DNA from: a virus
Taxonomy: Duplodnaviria; Caudoviricetes
Direction: 5' to 3' (one strand)
DNA: 52,348 nucleotides
IMG/VR virus record: IMGVR_UViG_3300049007_000012
Span: 1 to 52,348 of that record
Below, piece by piece: positions 25,595 to 33,906 of the stretch. Each line of letters begins with the position of its first letter. The stretch's first letter is position 1. Below the pieces are notes generated by a model. That model was not told the origin of the DNA. It saw only the letters and a list, made by a program, of their open reading frames with translations, and ran no database searches. A program made the position numbers and the translations under genes.

Positions 25595-26902
25595 ATGCCC
25601 GTCACCCTTGCCCAGGCCGCCCTCAACACGCAGGACGACCTCGACGCCCTCATCATCGACGAGTTCCGCAAGAGCTCGGCGATCCTCGACGCCCTCCCGT
25701 TCCACGACACCGTCAACCCCATGGGCGGCGGGACGACCCTGACGTACGGCTACCACCGGCTGGTCACCCAGCGGTCGGCCGCCTTCCGTCCGATCAACAG
25801 CGAGTACACGGCGGAGGAGGTGACCAAGGAGCGGTTCACGGTCGACCTCAAGCCCCTCGGCGGCTCGTTCCGCATCGATCGTGTGCTCAACGACATCGCC
25901 CGCTCGAGCGAGACGGCACTGCAGCTCCAGCAGCTCATCAAGGCCACCCGCACCCGGTTCCAGGACGAGGTCATCAACGGTGACGTGGCCGTCGACGCCA
26001 ACGGTTTCGACGGTCTCGACAAGGCCCTGACCGGCTCGACGACCGAGGTCAACGCCGCCGGCACCGACGCCCGCGCGGACTGGGTCGACCTGGACGCCGC
26101 GACCTACACGTCGCAGCGGGCCTACGACCTGCTCGACGAGCTGTTCGGTGTGCTCGACGGGCCCCCGTCGCTGCTCATCTCCAACGACCTGGTGGCGGCC
26201 AAGCTGCGGGCGATCGCCCGCCGGGCCAACGTCTACGTCGAGCGCCCGGTCGAGGGCCTGCGCGACAGCTTCGGCAACCCGATCAACCGGCAGATGGTCG
26301 GCAACGCCGTGCTGGTCGACGCCGGCGAGAAGGCCGGCAGCTCGCAGCGGATCGTCCCCGTCTACGACCCCGACAACTCGTCGTACACGATCACGCACTC
26401 GACCGGCACCGACGGCGGCACCTTCCGGGTGCGGGTCGACGTCAACGGCGACGTGGACGAGACCGACGAGCTGGCGTGGAACATCTCCACGGCCGACCTC
26501 GACACCGCGCTCGAGGGCCTGTCCAACGTCCCCGCCGGTGCCGTCACGGTGACGGGCTCGGCCGGCGTCAACTACACCGTCACGTTCGCCGGTGGCCTGG
26601 CCGGCCTCGACGTCGTGCTGTCCGTGGTCGACGACGAGCTGCTGGACACTCCGGTGCTCGAGCCCACCGTCGTGGCCGAGGCCGCCACGACCGGCGGCTA
26701 CTCCGACCTGTACACGGTGCGGATCGACATGGCCGACGGGTTCCACGGCGTCTCGACCACGGGCTCGCTGGTGCGCACCTGGCTGCCCGACTTCACCACG
26801 TCCGGCGCGGTCAAGGACGGCGAGTGCGAGATGGGCCCCGTGGCCGTCGCGCTCAAGTCGACCAAGGCCGCCGCCGTGCTCCGCCGGATCAAGGTCCGCT
26901 GA
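25595..26902 (+). CDS. Major capsid protein with inserted domain
   Basis: SD GGAGG; AFRPINSEY, LGGSFRIDR, FDGL, KAAAVLR; position after scaffold. Confidence 0.9.
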   Translation: MPVTLAQAALNTQDDLDALIIDEFRKSSAILDALPFHDTVNPMGGGTTLTYGYHRLVTQRSAAFRPINSEYTAEEVTKERFTVDLKPLGGSFRIDRVLNDIARSSETALQLQQLIKATRTRFQDEVINGDVAVDANGFDGLDKALTGSTTEVNAAGTDARADWVDLDAATYTSQRAYDLLDELFGVLDGPPSLLISNDLVAAKLRAIARRANVYVERPVEGLRDSFGNPINRQMVGNAVLVDAGEKAGSSQRIVPVYDPDNSSYTITHSTGTDGGTFRVRVDVNGDVDETDELAWNISTADLDTALEGLSNVPAGAVTVTGSAGVNYTVTFAGGLAGLDVVLSVVDDELLDTPVLEPTVVAEAATTGGYSDLYTVRIDMADGFHGVSTTGSLVRTWLPDFTTSGAVKDGECEMGPVAVALKSTKAAAVLRRIKVR

Positions 26903-26904
26903 GC

Positions 26905-27285
26905 ATGCCGGCCGAGACGGTGCGCACCGACCTCGGGATCACCAAGGTCGGCGCGCCCCTCCACGACGCCGCACAGGACCCGGCCGCCCAGGTGGCCGGG
27001 TACCTGGCGGTCATCGCAGACCTGCCGAAGCGGCTCAACCCGGCCCACGCCGACTACGCCACCGCGCTGGCGGCGTGGTCGACCGGGCTCACCTCGCTGG
27101 CCGATGAGGTCGGCGAGATCGACGCCGAGGGCTACGTGGCCCTGGCGCTCGCCGAGCTGCCCGTCGGCGCGGACGAGGACGACTACGGCGCCCTCGTGCA
27201 GCAGATCGTCGATGCCACGTCGGGCATCGACGTCGCGATGGCCACCGAGCTGCGGGCCATCGCCGACGTCCTGGACCCGCCGTGA
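26905..27285 (+). CDS. Hypothetical virion-module protein
   Basis: High GC3, follows MCP. Confidence 0.7.
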   Translation: MPAETVRTDLGITKVGAPLHDAAQDPAAQVAGYLAVIADLPKRLNPAHADYATALAAWSTGLTSLADEVGEIDAEGYVALALAELPVGADEDDYGALVQQIVDATSGIDVAMATELRAIADVLDPP

Positions 27286-27764
27286 GCGTCGATCTCCCCG
27301 GCTGGCTGGTCGTGGCCCCGGTTGCGGGGTTCTCCGGCACCGTGGTGGGCGTCGTCTTCGTGGATGGCGCCGCCCGGGTCGACCCCCGCAACCAGGCCGC
27401 GCTCGGCTACTTCCGGCGGCACGGCTACCACGTCGAGCGCCACGACCTCGTCATCGAGGCGACGAACGTGGTGGTCGAGGAGACGGTCACGACCACGATC
27501 GAGGTGGTCGACCTGCCCGAGCCGGGCCCGGTCCTGGTGACCGGTGACGGCACGGTGGGCGACCTGCTCGCCGGCCAGGGCCACGACGGGCACACGATCG
27601 ACCTCGGCCCCCCGGCGCCCGCCGGCGGCTGGCCGGGCGTGCGGGCGTCCAAGGCCGACCTCATCGCCTACGGCATCACCCAGGGCGGCGACCCCGACGA
27701 CGTGGCCGCCATGTCCAAGGCCGAGCTCGTCGACCGCTACCGGCCCGCCGAGAGCGAGGGCTGA
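27282..27764 (+). CDS. Hypothetical head-region protein with C-terminal helix-extension-helix-like motif
   Basis: ASKADLIAY...MSKAELVDRY. Confidence 0.7.
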   Translation: MSVDLPGWLVVAPVAGFSGTVVGVVFVDGAARVDPRNQAALGYFRRHGYHVERHDLVIEATNVVVEETVTTTIEVVDLPEPGPVLVTGDGTVGDLLAGQGHDGHTIDLGPPAPAGGWPGVRASKADLIAYGITQGGDPDDVAAMSKAELVDRYRPAESEG

Positions 27765-27767
27765 CCC

Positions 27768-28082
27768 GTGCCCTGGTACCGCCTGCGGTCCGGTCAGCCC
27801 TTCCACGTCCACGGCTCTCTCCCCCTGGGCGCCGTGGAGATCCCCGCGCCCGACCAGCCCGAGCCGAAGCCGAAGCGCCGGCGCCGGCGGTCACCCTCGA
27901 GCGCGGGCGTGAGCGATCAGGGCGTCGAGACGCGCGAGAGCGGCGGCGAGGTGGGGGCCGACGTACCGGTCCCTCAGCTCGCCGCGGATCAGCTCGAGGT
28001 CATCGACGGAGAGGCCGGGCCCCAGCTCGTCGATGAGCGTGACGACGTCGTGGTCGGTCAGGACCCCAAGGCTACGCCGTGA
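27768..28082 (+). CDS. Small hypothetical protein (3' part overlaps an antisense ORF)
   Basis: TGACCC-GTG start, GTGA overlap with next gene. Confidence 0.5.
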   Translation: MPWYRLRSGQPFHVHGSLPLGAVEIPAPDQPEPKPKRRRRRSPSSAGVSDQGVETRESGGEVGADVPVPQLAADQLEVIDGEAGPQLVDERDDVVVGQDPKATP

Positions 28083-28474
28083 CCCCGTACGCGGGCGACG
28101 CAGACCTCGTGGCATTCCTCCCCGACGGCGTGGCCGTCGAGGGCGACGCCGCGCGGCTGCTCACCCGCTCCAGCGAGCTGCTGGACGGCTGGGTGCGCCG
28201 CCCGTTCGCTGTCACCGCCGGCGGCCTGCCCGCCGACGCCGACATCGCCGAGGCGATGCGGGACGCCTGCTGTGCACAGGTCGAGTTCTGGCTGCTCGGC
28301 CCCGGCGAAGAGCACGACGTCGAGGGCCTGGCCAACCGGCAGGTGTCCATCGGGCACCTGTCGATGGCAGCGCTCCCCCCGGAGCTGGCCCCCCGGGCCC
28401 GGCGCATCCTGTCCCTGCACGGGCTGCTCCAGATCGGCGACCCCGTGGCGACGCTGCCGGAGGCGTGGACGTGA
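28079..28474 (+). CDS. Head-to-tail adaptor
   Basis: ARLLTRSSELLD...DACCAQVEFW...LAPRARRIL...GLL. Confidence 0.8.
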   Translation: MTPYAGDADLVAFLPDGVAVEGDAARLLTRSSELLDGWVRRPFAVTAGGLPADADIAEAMRDACCAQVEFWLLGPGEEHDVEGLANRQVSIGHLSMAALPPELAPRARRILSLHGLLQIGDPVATLPEAWT

Positions 28475-28800
28475 CGATGCGCGTCCCCCGGTCGCTGCTG
28501 CGTCAGCGGATCGTCGTCGAGGACTACGTCGGCGAGGGCGCACACGGGCCCCTGTTCGACCCCGGGCGCACGGTGCGCGCTCGTGTGGAGGGCGCCCGCC
28601 GGACCGTCCGCCGAGTGCAGGGCGGGTCCGACGTCGGCACCGACATCATCACCTCGGCGGTCGCCTACGTGCGCCCCGAGGTCACCCCGCCCCCCAACCT
28701 CAGCCGGGTCACCCACGCGGGCCGCAGCTACACCGTCGTGGACGTGATCGACGGCGAGGGCCAGGCCCGCCCGTCCCACCGGGAGCTGCTGCTCTCGTGA
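28471..28800 (+). CDS. Head-to-tail stopper/closure protein
   Basis: Size, position and beta-rich sequence (YVGEGAHGP). Confidence 0.7.
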   Translation: MTMRVPRSLLRQRIVVEDYVGEGAHGPLFDPGRTVRARVEGARRTVRRVQGGSDVGTDIITSAVAYVRPEVTPPPNLSRVTHAGRSYTVVDVIDGEGQARPSHRELLLS

Positions 28801-29159
28801 CCACCCACGCCGGCGGGTTCACGTTCCGAGTCGACAACAGGGGCATCCTCGGCCGCAAGGTCCGCGAGGCCGCCGCCCGCGGCCTGTCCGACGCCGCCGA
28901 GATGCTGCTCGACGAGGCCAACCAGATCGTCCCCCACCAGGAGGGGACCCTGGAGGGCTCGGGCACCGCGAGCGTCGACGCCACCAACCTGCGGGCCGCC
29001 GTCTCCTACGACACCCCGTACGCCCTCCGGCAGCACGAGGACACTCGCCTCTCCCACCCGGGTGGCCGGCAGGCCAAGTACCTCGAGCGCACGTTCCAGC
29101 AGCACGGTCCCAAGGCGGCCGAGCACATCGCCGCCGAGATGCGCAAGGCGCTCGACTGA
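28797..29159 (+). CDS. HK97 gp10-like tail completion protein
   Basis: VP..GTL..S, YDTPYALRQHE, AKYLE. Confidence 0.8.
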   Translation: MTTHAGGFTFRVDNRGILGRKVREAAARGLSDAAEMLLDEANQIVPHQEGTLEGSGTASVDATNLRAAVSYDTPYALRQHEDTRLSHPGGRQAKYLERTFQQHGPKAAEHIAAEMRKALD

Positions 29160-29605
29160 TGCTCGCCACAGCGATCGCCAAGCGCCTCGCCGTCGTGGTC
29201 GACGACCTCGTCTACAGCGAGGACGAGCCGGGCGGGAACCTGTTCGTCGCGCACATGCCCGCCGCCCCCGACGTCGCCGTGATGGTGATGCCGACCGGCG
29301 GCCCGGCCCAGCTCACCAAGGCGGCGACCGACACGCCCACGGTGCAGCTGATGGCCCGGGGCGCGCCGACCGACGCCCGCACCCCGTACGCCCTGCTCCG
29401 CCAGGCGTACGACGCCCTCACCTGCCTCGACCTGGTGACGCTCGACGAGGGCGGCCCTGACGAGGTCCACGTCATCACCTGCACCGCCATGCAGTCCGAC
29501 CCGGTGCCGATCGGCCGGGACGAGAACGACCGCCCCGAGTTCTCGCAGAACTACCAGTTCCGCACGCACGCGCCCACCGCGCACCGCCCACAGATCACCG
29601 CCTGA
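29159..29605 (+). CDS. Tail terminator (minor capsid_3-like)
   Basis: LF..MP..PD, VQLMARG, IGRDENDRPEFSQNY. Confidence 0.8.
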   Translation: MLATAIAKRLAVVVDDLVYSEDEPGGNLFVAHMPAAPDVAVMVMPTGGPAQLTKAATDTPTVQLMARGAPTDARTPYALLRQAYDALTCLDLVTLDEGGPDEVHVITCTAMQSDPVPIGRDENDRPEFSQNYQFRTHAPTAHRPQITA

Positions 29606-29618
29606 GGAGGCACCCATC

Positions 29619-30371
29619 ATGGCCGTCGACGAGATCACCGAGATCCCCGCCAGAGAGTTCACGTTCGAGCTCAACACCGGCAGCGTGTCCGTCCCCGTGT
29701 GGGTCGAGGTCGAGGGCATCGACACCCTCGGCCACAGCCCCACGACGAACCGGGCCGACACCCGCCACTTCACCGACGGCGGCCGGCACAAGCACTGGGT
29801 CGCCAGCCGCGGCGACAGCTTCACCATGGCGGGCAAGCGGCAGGAGAACCCCGCCACCGGCGCCCGCGCCCCCGGCCAGGAGGCGTGCGAGACCTGGGCC
29901 GGCCTCGTCGGCCCCGACTCGCTCAAGCAGTTCCGCATCACGTCGCCCGCCGAGGCCGGCGCCGAGGTGCTGACCTTCCTCGCCAGCGTCGAGGCGACGA
30001 AGTTCGGCGGCGGCAACGACGACCCGTCGGCCTGGTCGATCGCGATCGAGGTCACCGGCCCGATCACCGGCGGCTCGACCGACGACCTCCCCGACGCCCC
30101 CACCGCGGTCGCCGGGTCGAACGGCAACACGTTCACGCTCGTCACCTGGACCGGCCCCACCGAGGGCAGCCCGTACCTGCTGTACGAGGTGACCGCCTAC
30201 GACATGGACGACAGCGGCGCGCTGCACGCGACCGTCACGTCGTCGAGCGAGCCGATCCACGTCCCTGGCCTCGTCAACGGCACCGACTACACGGTGCGGG
30301 TCCGGGCGCTGAACGCCGTCGGCTGGGGCCCGATGTCGGCCGCCTCGTCGACCATCACGCCCTCGGCCTGA
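29619..30371 (+). CDS. Major tail tube protein with C-terminal FN3 domain
   Basis: SD GAGGAGG; PDAPT..W..P..Y..GLVNGTDYTVRVRALNAVGWG. Confidence 0.85.
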   Translation: MAVDEITEIPAREFTFELNTGSVSVPVWVEVEGIDTLGHSPTTNRADTRHFTDGGRHKHWVASRGDSFTMAGKRQENPATGARAPGQEACETWAGLVGPDSLKQFRITSPAEAGAEVLTFLASVEATKFGGGNDDPSAWSIAIEVTGPITGGSTDDLPDAPTAVAGSNGNTFTLVTWTGPTEGSPYLLYEVTAYDMDDSGALHATVTSSSEPIHVPGLVNGTDYTVRVRALNAVGWGPMSAASSTITPSA

Positions 30372-30372
30372 C

Positions 30373-30738
30373 GTGGCCGACGTGCTCGACCTCGACGCTG
30401 TCCTGGCCGCCCGCAACGGCGGCCAGGGCACACCGTCGACCCCGGTCACGGCCAAGCTGTTCGGCCAGGACTGGGAGCTGTACGCCTCCCTGCCGGTCGC
30501 CACCTACCGGCGCACCATGGCGTGGGAGCGCGAGGGCGTCACCGACCTCGCCATCCGCCACCTCGCCGAGCTCGTGTTCGACATGGTCCCGGCGCCGGTG
30601 CTCGACGAGTGGACCGCCCGCGGCCTCACCATCGATGACCTGTGGGAGATCGTGCCGCCGATCCTGCAGGCGTACCAGGAGCGAGGCACCGAGGGCACGC
30701 AGGACGTCTGGTCCGCCATACAGCCACCGGCCGGCTGA
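30373..30738 (+). CDS. Tail assembly chaperone (G-like)
   Basis: Between tail tube and tape measure. Confidence 0.75.
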   Translation: MADVLDLDAVLAARNGGQGTPSTPVTAKLFGQDWELYASLPVATYRRTMAWEREGVTDLAIRHLAELVFDMVPAPVLDEWTARGLTIDDLWEIVPPILQAYQERGTEGTQDVWSAIQPPAG

Positions 30739-30740
30739 CC

Positions 30741-31364
30741 GTGGCCACCTTCGCCGACTTCGACGCCGCATGGACCGAGCGCGCCTCGGCCCAGAACGGC
30801 GGCGCCACGGTGGAGGTGACCGTCGCCGGCCAGCACTGGGCGATCCCCACCGTCACCGCCGCCGTGATGCTCCGGGCGCTCCGGTCGCTCGTCGCCAGCG
30901 ACGACGGCGTCACCGGCCAGGAGATGTACCGCATCGCCCTGACCCTCATCCCCGAGCGCACGATCGAGCAGTGGCTCACCGCCGGCCTCGACCCCGGCGA
31001 GCTACGCCAGGCCGTCGCCGACGTGCTCGTCGCCCAGATCACCACCGCGAACCACGACGAGCCTGGCGGACGCGGGCAGGGGTCGGCGACCGAGCCGTCG
31101 TTCGTGCGCACCGTGCTCGTCCGCTGGCGGCTGCTCGAGGCCGACTTCACCCGCGAGTACCGGCTCGACATCAACGAGGCCATCCACGACATGACGTGGC
31201 GCCGGTTCGCCGCCCTCGTCGCCGGCCTGTCGGCGGCGTCGCGGTGGGCCGGGCACCTCCGATCGAAGGCGCCCAAGAGGCCCGTGCGCCGGCTCACCGA
31301 GCCGAAGGCGATCGGGTCGTTCATGCGGTCGCTCCGCACCCCCGTGAGACGTAAGGGGGGCTGA
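30741..31364 (+). CDS. Tail assembly chaperone (G-like domain fused to T-like domain)
   Basis: N-half similar to upstream ORF; C-half WRLLEADFTREYRLD..MTWRRF. Confidence 0.75.
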   Translation: MATFADFDAAWTERASAQNGGATVEVTVAGQHWAIPTVTAAVMLRALRSLVASDDGVTGQEMYRIALTLIPERTIEQWLTAGLDPGELRQAVADVLVAQITTANHDEPGGRGQGSATEPSFVRTVLVRWRLLEADFTREYRLDINEAIHDMTWRRFAALVAGLSAASRWAGHLRSKAPKRPVRRLTEPKAIGSFMRSLRTPVRRKGG

Positions 31365-31365
31365 C

Positions 31366-33906
31366 GTGGGCCTCGACATCGGCACCGTCGCCGGGTTCCT
31401 CGACCTCGACACCGGCCCGTTCGACAAGGCCCTGGCCGGGGCCGAGGGCAAGTTCGGTGGCATCTCCGCCGGCGCCGTCGCCGCGGGCGCGATGGCTGGG
31501 GCGCTGCTCGCCAAGGGGATCTCGGACACCCTCAACATCGAGCAGGCCAACGACAAGCTCGCCGCCCAACTCGGCCTCACCGCCCAGGAGTCCGAGCGGT
31601 ACGGCAACATCGCCGGCTCCCTCTACGCCGACGCCTACGGGTCGTCGATCGAGGAGGTCAACACGGCGCTCGGCGCGGTGTCGTCGTCGCTCGGCGACAG
31701 CCTCGGCGGCAGCGACGCCGCGCTGCAAGAGGCCACCGGCCACGCGATGGATCTCGCCCAGGCGTTCGGTATCGACGTCGCCGACGCCGCCGCCATGGCC
31801 GGCTTCGCGATCCGCACGGGCCTGGCGGACAACAGCGAGCAAGCGTTCGATTTGATCACCGCGTCGATGCAGCAGATGCCCGCTGCGATGCGCGGCGAGC
31901 TGATACCGATGATCGAGGAGTACGGCGTCCACCTCGCCGCCGTCGGCATCACCGGAGAGGACGCGTTCGGGCTGCTCGTGGCGGCCAGCCAAGAGGGCTC
32001 CTACGCCATCGACAAGACCGCCGACTCGCTCAAAGAGTTCGCCATCCGCGCGACCGACGGCAGCGTCACGACCCGCGAGGCCTACCGGGCGATCGGCGTC
32101 GACGCCGACGAGATGGCCGCCCGGATCGTCGAGGGCGGCGACTCCGCCCGCGGCGCGCTCAACCAGATCATCGAGGGCCTGCTGGCGATGGAGGACCCCG
32201 TCGCCCGCCAGCAGGAAGCGATCAAGCTGTTCGGCGCCCCGCTCGAGGACCTGTCGGTCACCCAGGTGCCCCAGTTCCTCCAGTCGATCCTCGACGCCGG
32301 CGAGGGCATGCAGGACACCGAGGGCGCCGCCGACTCCCTGGGCGCCACCCTGGCCGACAACCTCGGCACCAAGCTGACCGCGGTCAAACGCAAGGCCGAG
32401 ATGTTCCTCGTCGACTTCCTGTCGTCGCCGTTCGGGCCCTGGGTGCTCGGCGCCGCCGCGCTGGTCGGCGGGCTGGTGGCCCTCGGCGGGATCGCGACCA
32501 CCGCGGCCGACAAGCTGCGGGGCATCAAGGACTCGTGGTCCGACATGGGGTCCTTCGGCAAGATCAGCGTCGCGACCACGGCCGTGGCCGGGTTCGTCGG
32601 CGCGCTCATCGCCTGGGACGCGGCCAAGGGCGAGGAGCAGGCCAAGGAGACCGCCGAGTCGTTCGTCGCCATGGGCACGGACATCGAGGCCAGCTTCATC
32701 CAGTTCATGAGCACGTGGGGCGGGCAGGCCGCCGGCGGGCAGATCTTCGACCAGCTGATCGAGTCGAACATCGAGGCCGCCACCCGGTTCGTCGACACCG
32801 CCGAGCAGGCCGGCTGGGCGAGCGACGAAATCGCTTCGATGCGCGACCGGATCGAGCAGAAGAGCACCGCGGACGCGCAGGGCCGCAACGACGCCGACGC
32901 CTACAACGCAGCGGTCGACGACCAGGCCGCCGCCATGGAAGGCGCCGCCGGGGCAACCGAGCTGTCCACGGAGGCGATCAAGGAGCAGGCCGACGCGATG
33001 CGGGCGGCGTCGGACCCGCTGTTCGCGCTGAACGACGCCATCCGCTCCCACGAGGAGGCACAGACCGGCGTAGCCGAGGCCGAGCAGGCTGCCGCCGACG
33101 CCCGCAGCGCGCACGGCGCCGGGTCGCTCGAGGCCATGGCCGCCGAGCGCGACCTCGCCGACGCCCGCATCGCCGCCGGCGAGTCGGCGTTCGGGCTCCG
33201 GGACGCCGAGATGCAGCTCGCCGCCGCGATCGCTGAGAACCCGTCGCTGCTGGGCGACGTGAACGACATGCTCGCCGAGTTCGTGGCGACGGGCGCGATC
33301 ACGATGGAGGAGGCGGGCGTGCTGGCCGAGCGGTTCGGGCTGCTCGGCGAGCGCGTCGAGGGCGTCCCCGACGAGCAGAGCACGGACGTGTCGGCCCCTG
33401 GCGCCGACGGCGTCATCACGCACATGGACTGGCTGCGCGGGAAGGTGCTCGCCGTCCCCGACAGCAGCCGCACCAACACGTCGGCCCCGGGGGCGCGCAC
33501 CGCCAGTGACCAGCTGGACGGCGTGGCCAGGGCGGTCGGTCGGATCGACAAGGACGTGCAGATCAACGTCCGCACCAAGCAGTGGGGGCCGATCGTCGGG
33601 AAGATGCACGACGGCGGCCTCGTCGAGGGCCCGCTCGGTGCCGAGGTCCCGAAGATCCTGCAGGCGGGCGAGCGCGTGCTCGCGATCGACGACCCGCTCA
33701 ACAAGGCCATCGCCGCGGCCGAGGCGGGCGTCGACCCTCGTGTCGACGCAGCGTCGATCACCGGGTTCGGTGGCGCCAGCCGTGGGGGAGCGGGCGGTGG
33801 GCGCATCAGGATCGACGTGGCCGGCGGGGACGACATGTTCATGCGCTGGCTCCGCGACCGGATCACCGTGGAGGGCGGCGACGTGCAGCAGGTGCTCGGC
33901 CGATGA
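31366..33906 (+). CDS. Tape measure protein
   Basis: 846 aa Ala-rich helical; DKTADSLKEFAIR, LFGAPLEDL. Confidence 0.93.
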   Translation: MGLDIGTVAGFLDLDTGPFDKALAGAEGKFGGISAGAVAAGAMAGALLAKGISDTLNIEQANDKLAAQLGLTAQESERYGNIAGSLYADAYGSSIEEVNTALGAVSSSLGDSLGGSDAALQEATGHAMDLAQAFGIDVADAAAMAGFAIRTGLADNSEQAFDLITASMQQMPAAMRGELIPMIEEYGVHLAAVGITGEDAFGLLVAASQEGSYAIDKTADSLKEFAIRATDGSVTTREAYRAIGVDADEMAARIVEGGDSARGALNQIIEGLLAMEDPVARQQEAIKLFGAPLEDLSVTQVPQFLQSILDAGEGMQDTEGAADSLGATLADNLGTKLTAVKRKAEMFLVDFLSSPFGPWVLGAAALVGGLVALGGIATTAADKLRGIKDSWSDMGSFGKISVATTAVAGFVGALIAWDAAKGEEQAKETAESFVAMGTDIEASFIQFMSTWGGQAAGGQIFDQLIESNIEAATRFVDTAEQAGWASDEIASMRDRIEQKSTADAQGRNDADAYNAAVDDQAAAMEGAAGATELSTEAIKEQADAMRAASDPLFALNDAIRSHEEAQTGVAEAEQAAADARSAHGAGSLEAMAAERDLADARIAAGESAFGLRDAEMQLAAAIAENPSLLGDVNDMLAEFVATGAITMEEAGVLAERFGLLGERVEGVPDEQSTDVSAPGADGVITHMDWLRGKVLAVPDSSRTNTSAPGARTASDQLDGVARAVGRIDKDVQINVRTKQWGPIVGKMHDGGLVEGPLGAEVPKILQAGERVLAIDDPLNKAIAAAEAGVDPRVDAASITGFGGASRGGAGGGRIRIDVAGGDDMFMRWLRDRITVEGGDVQQVLGR

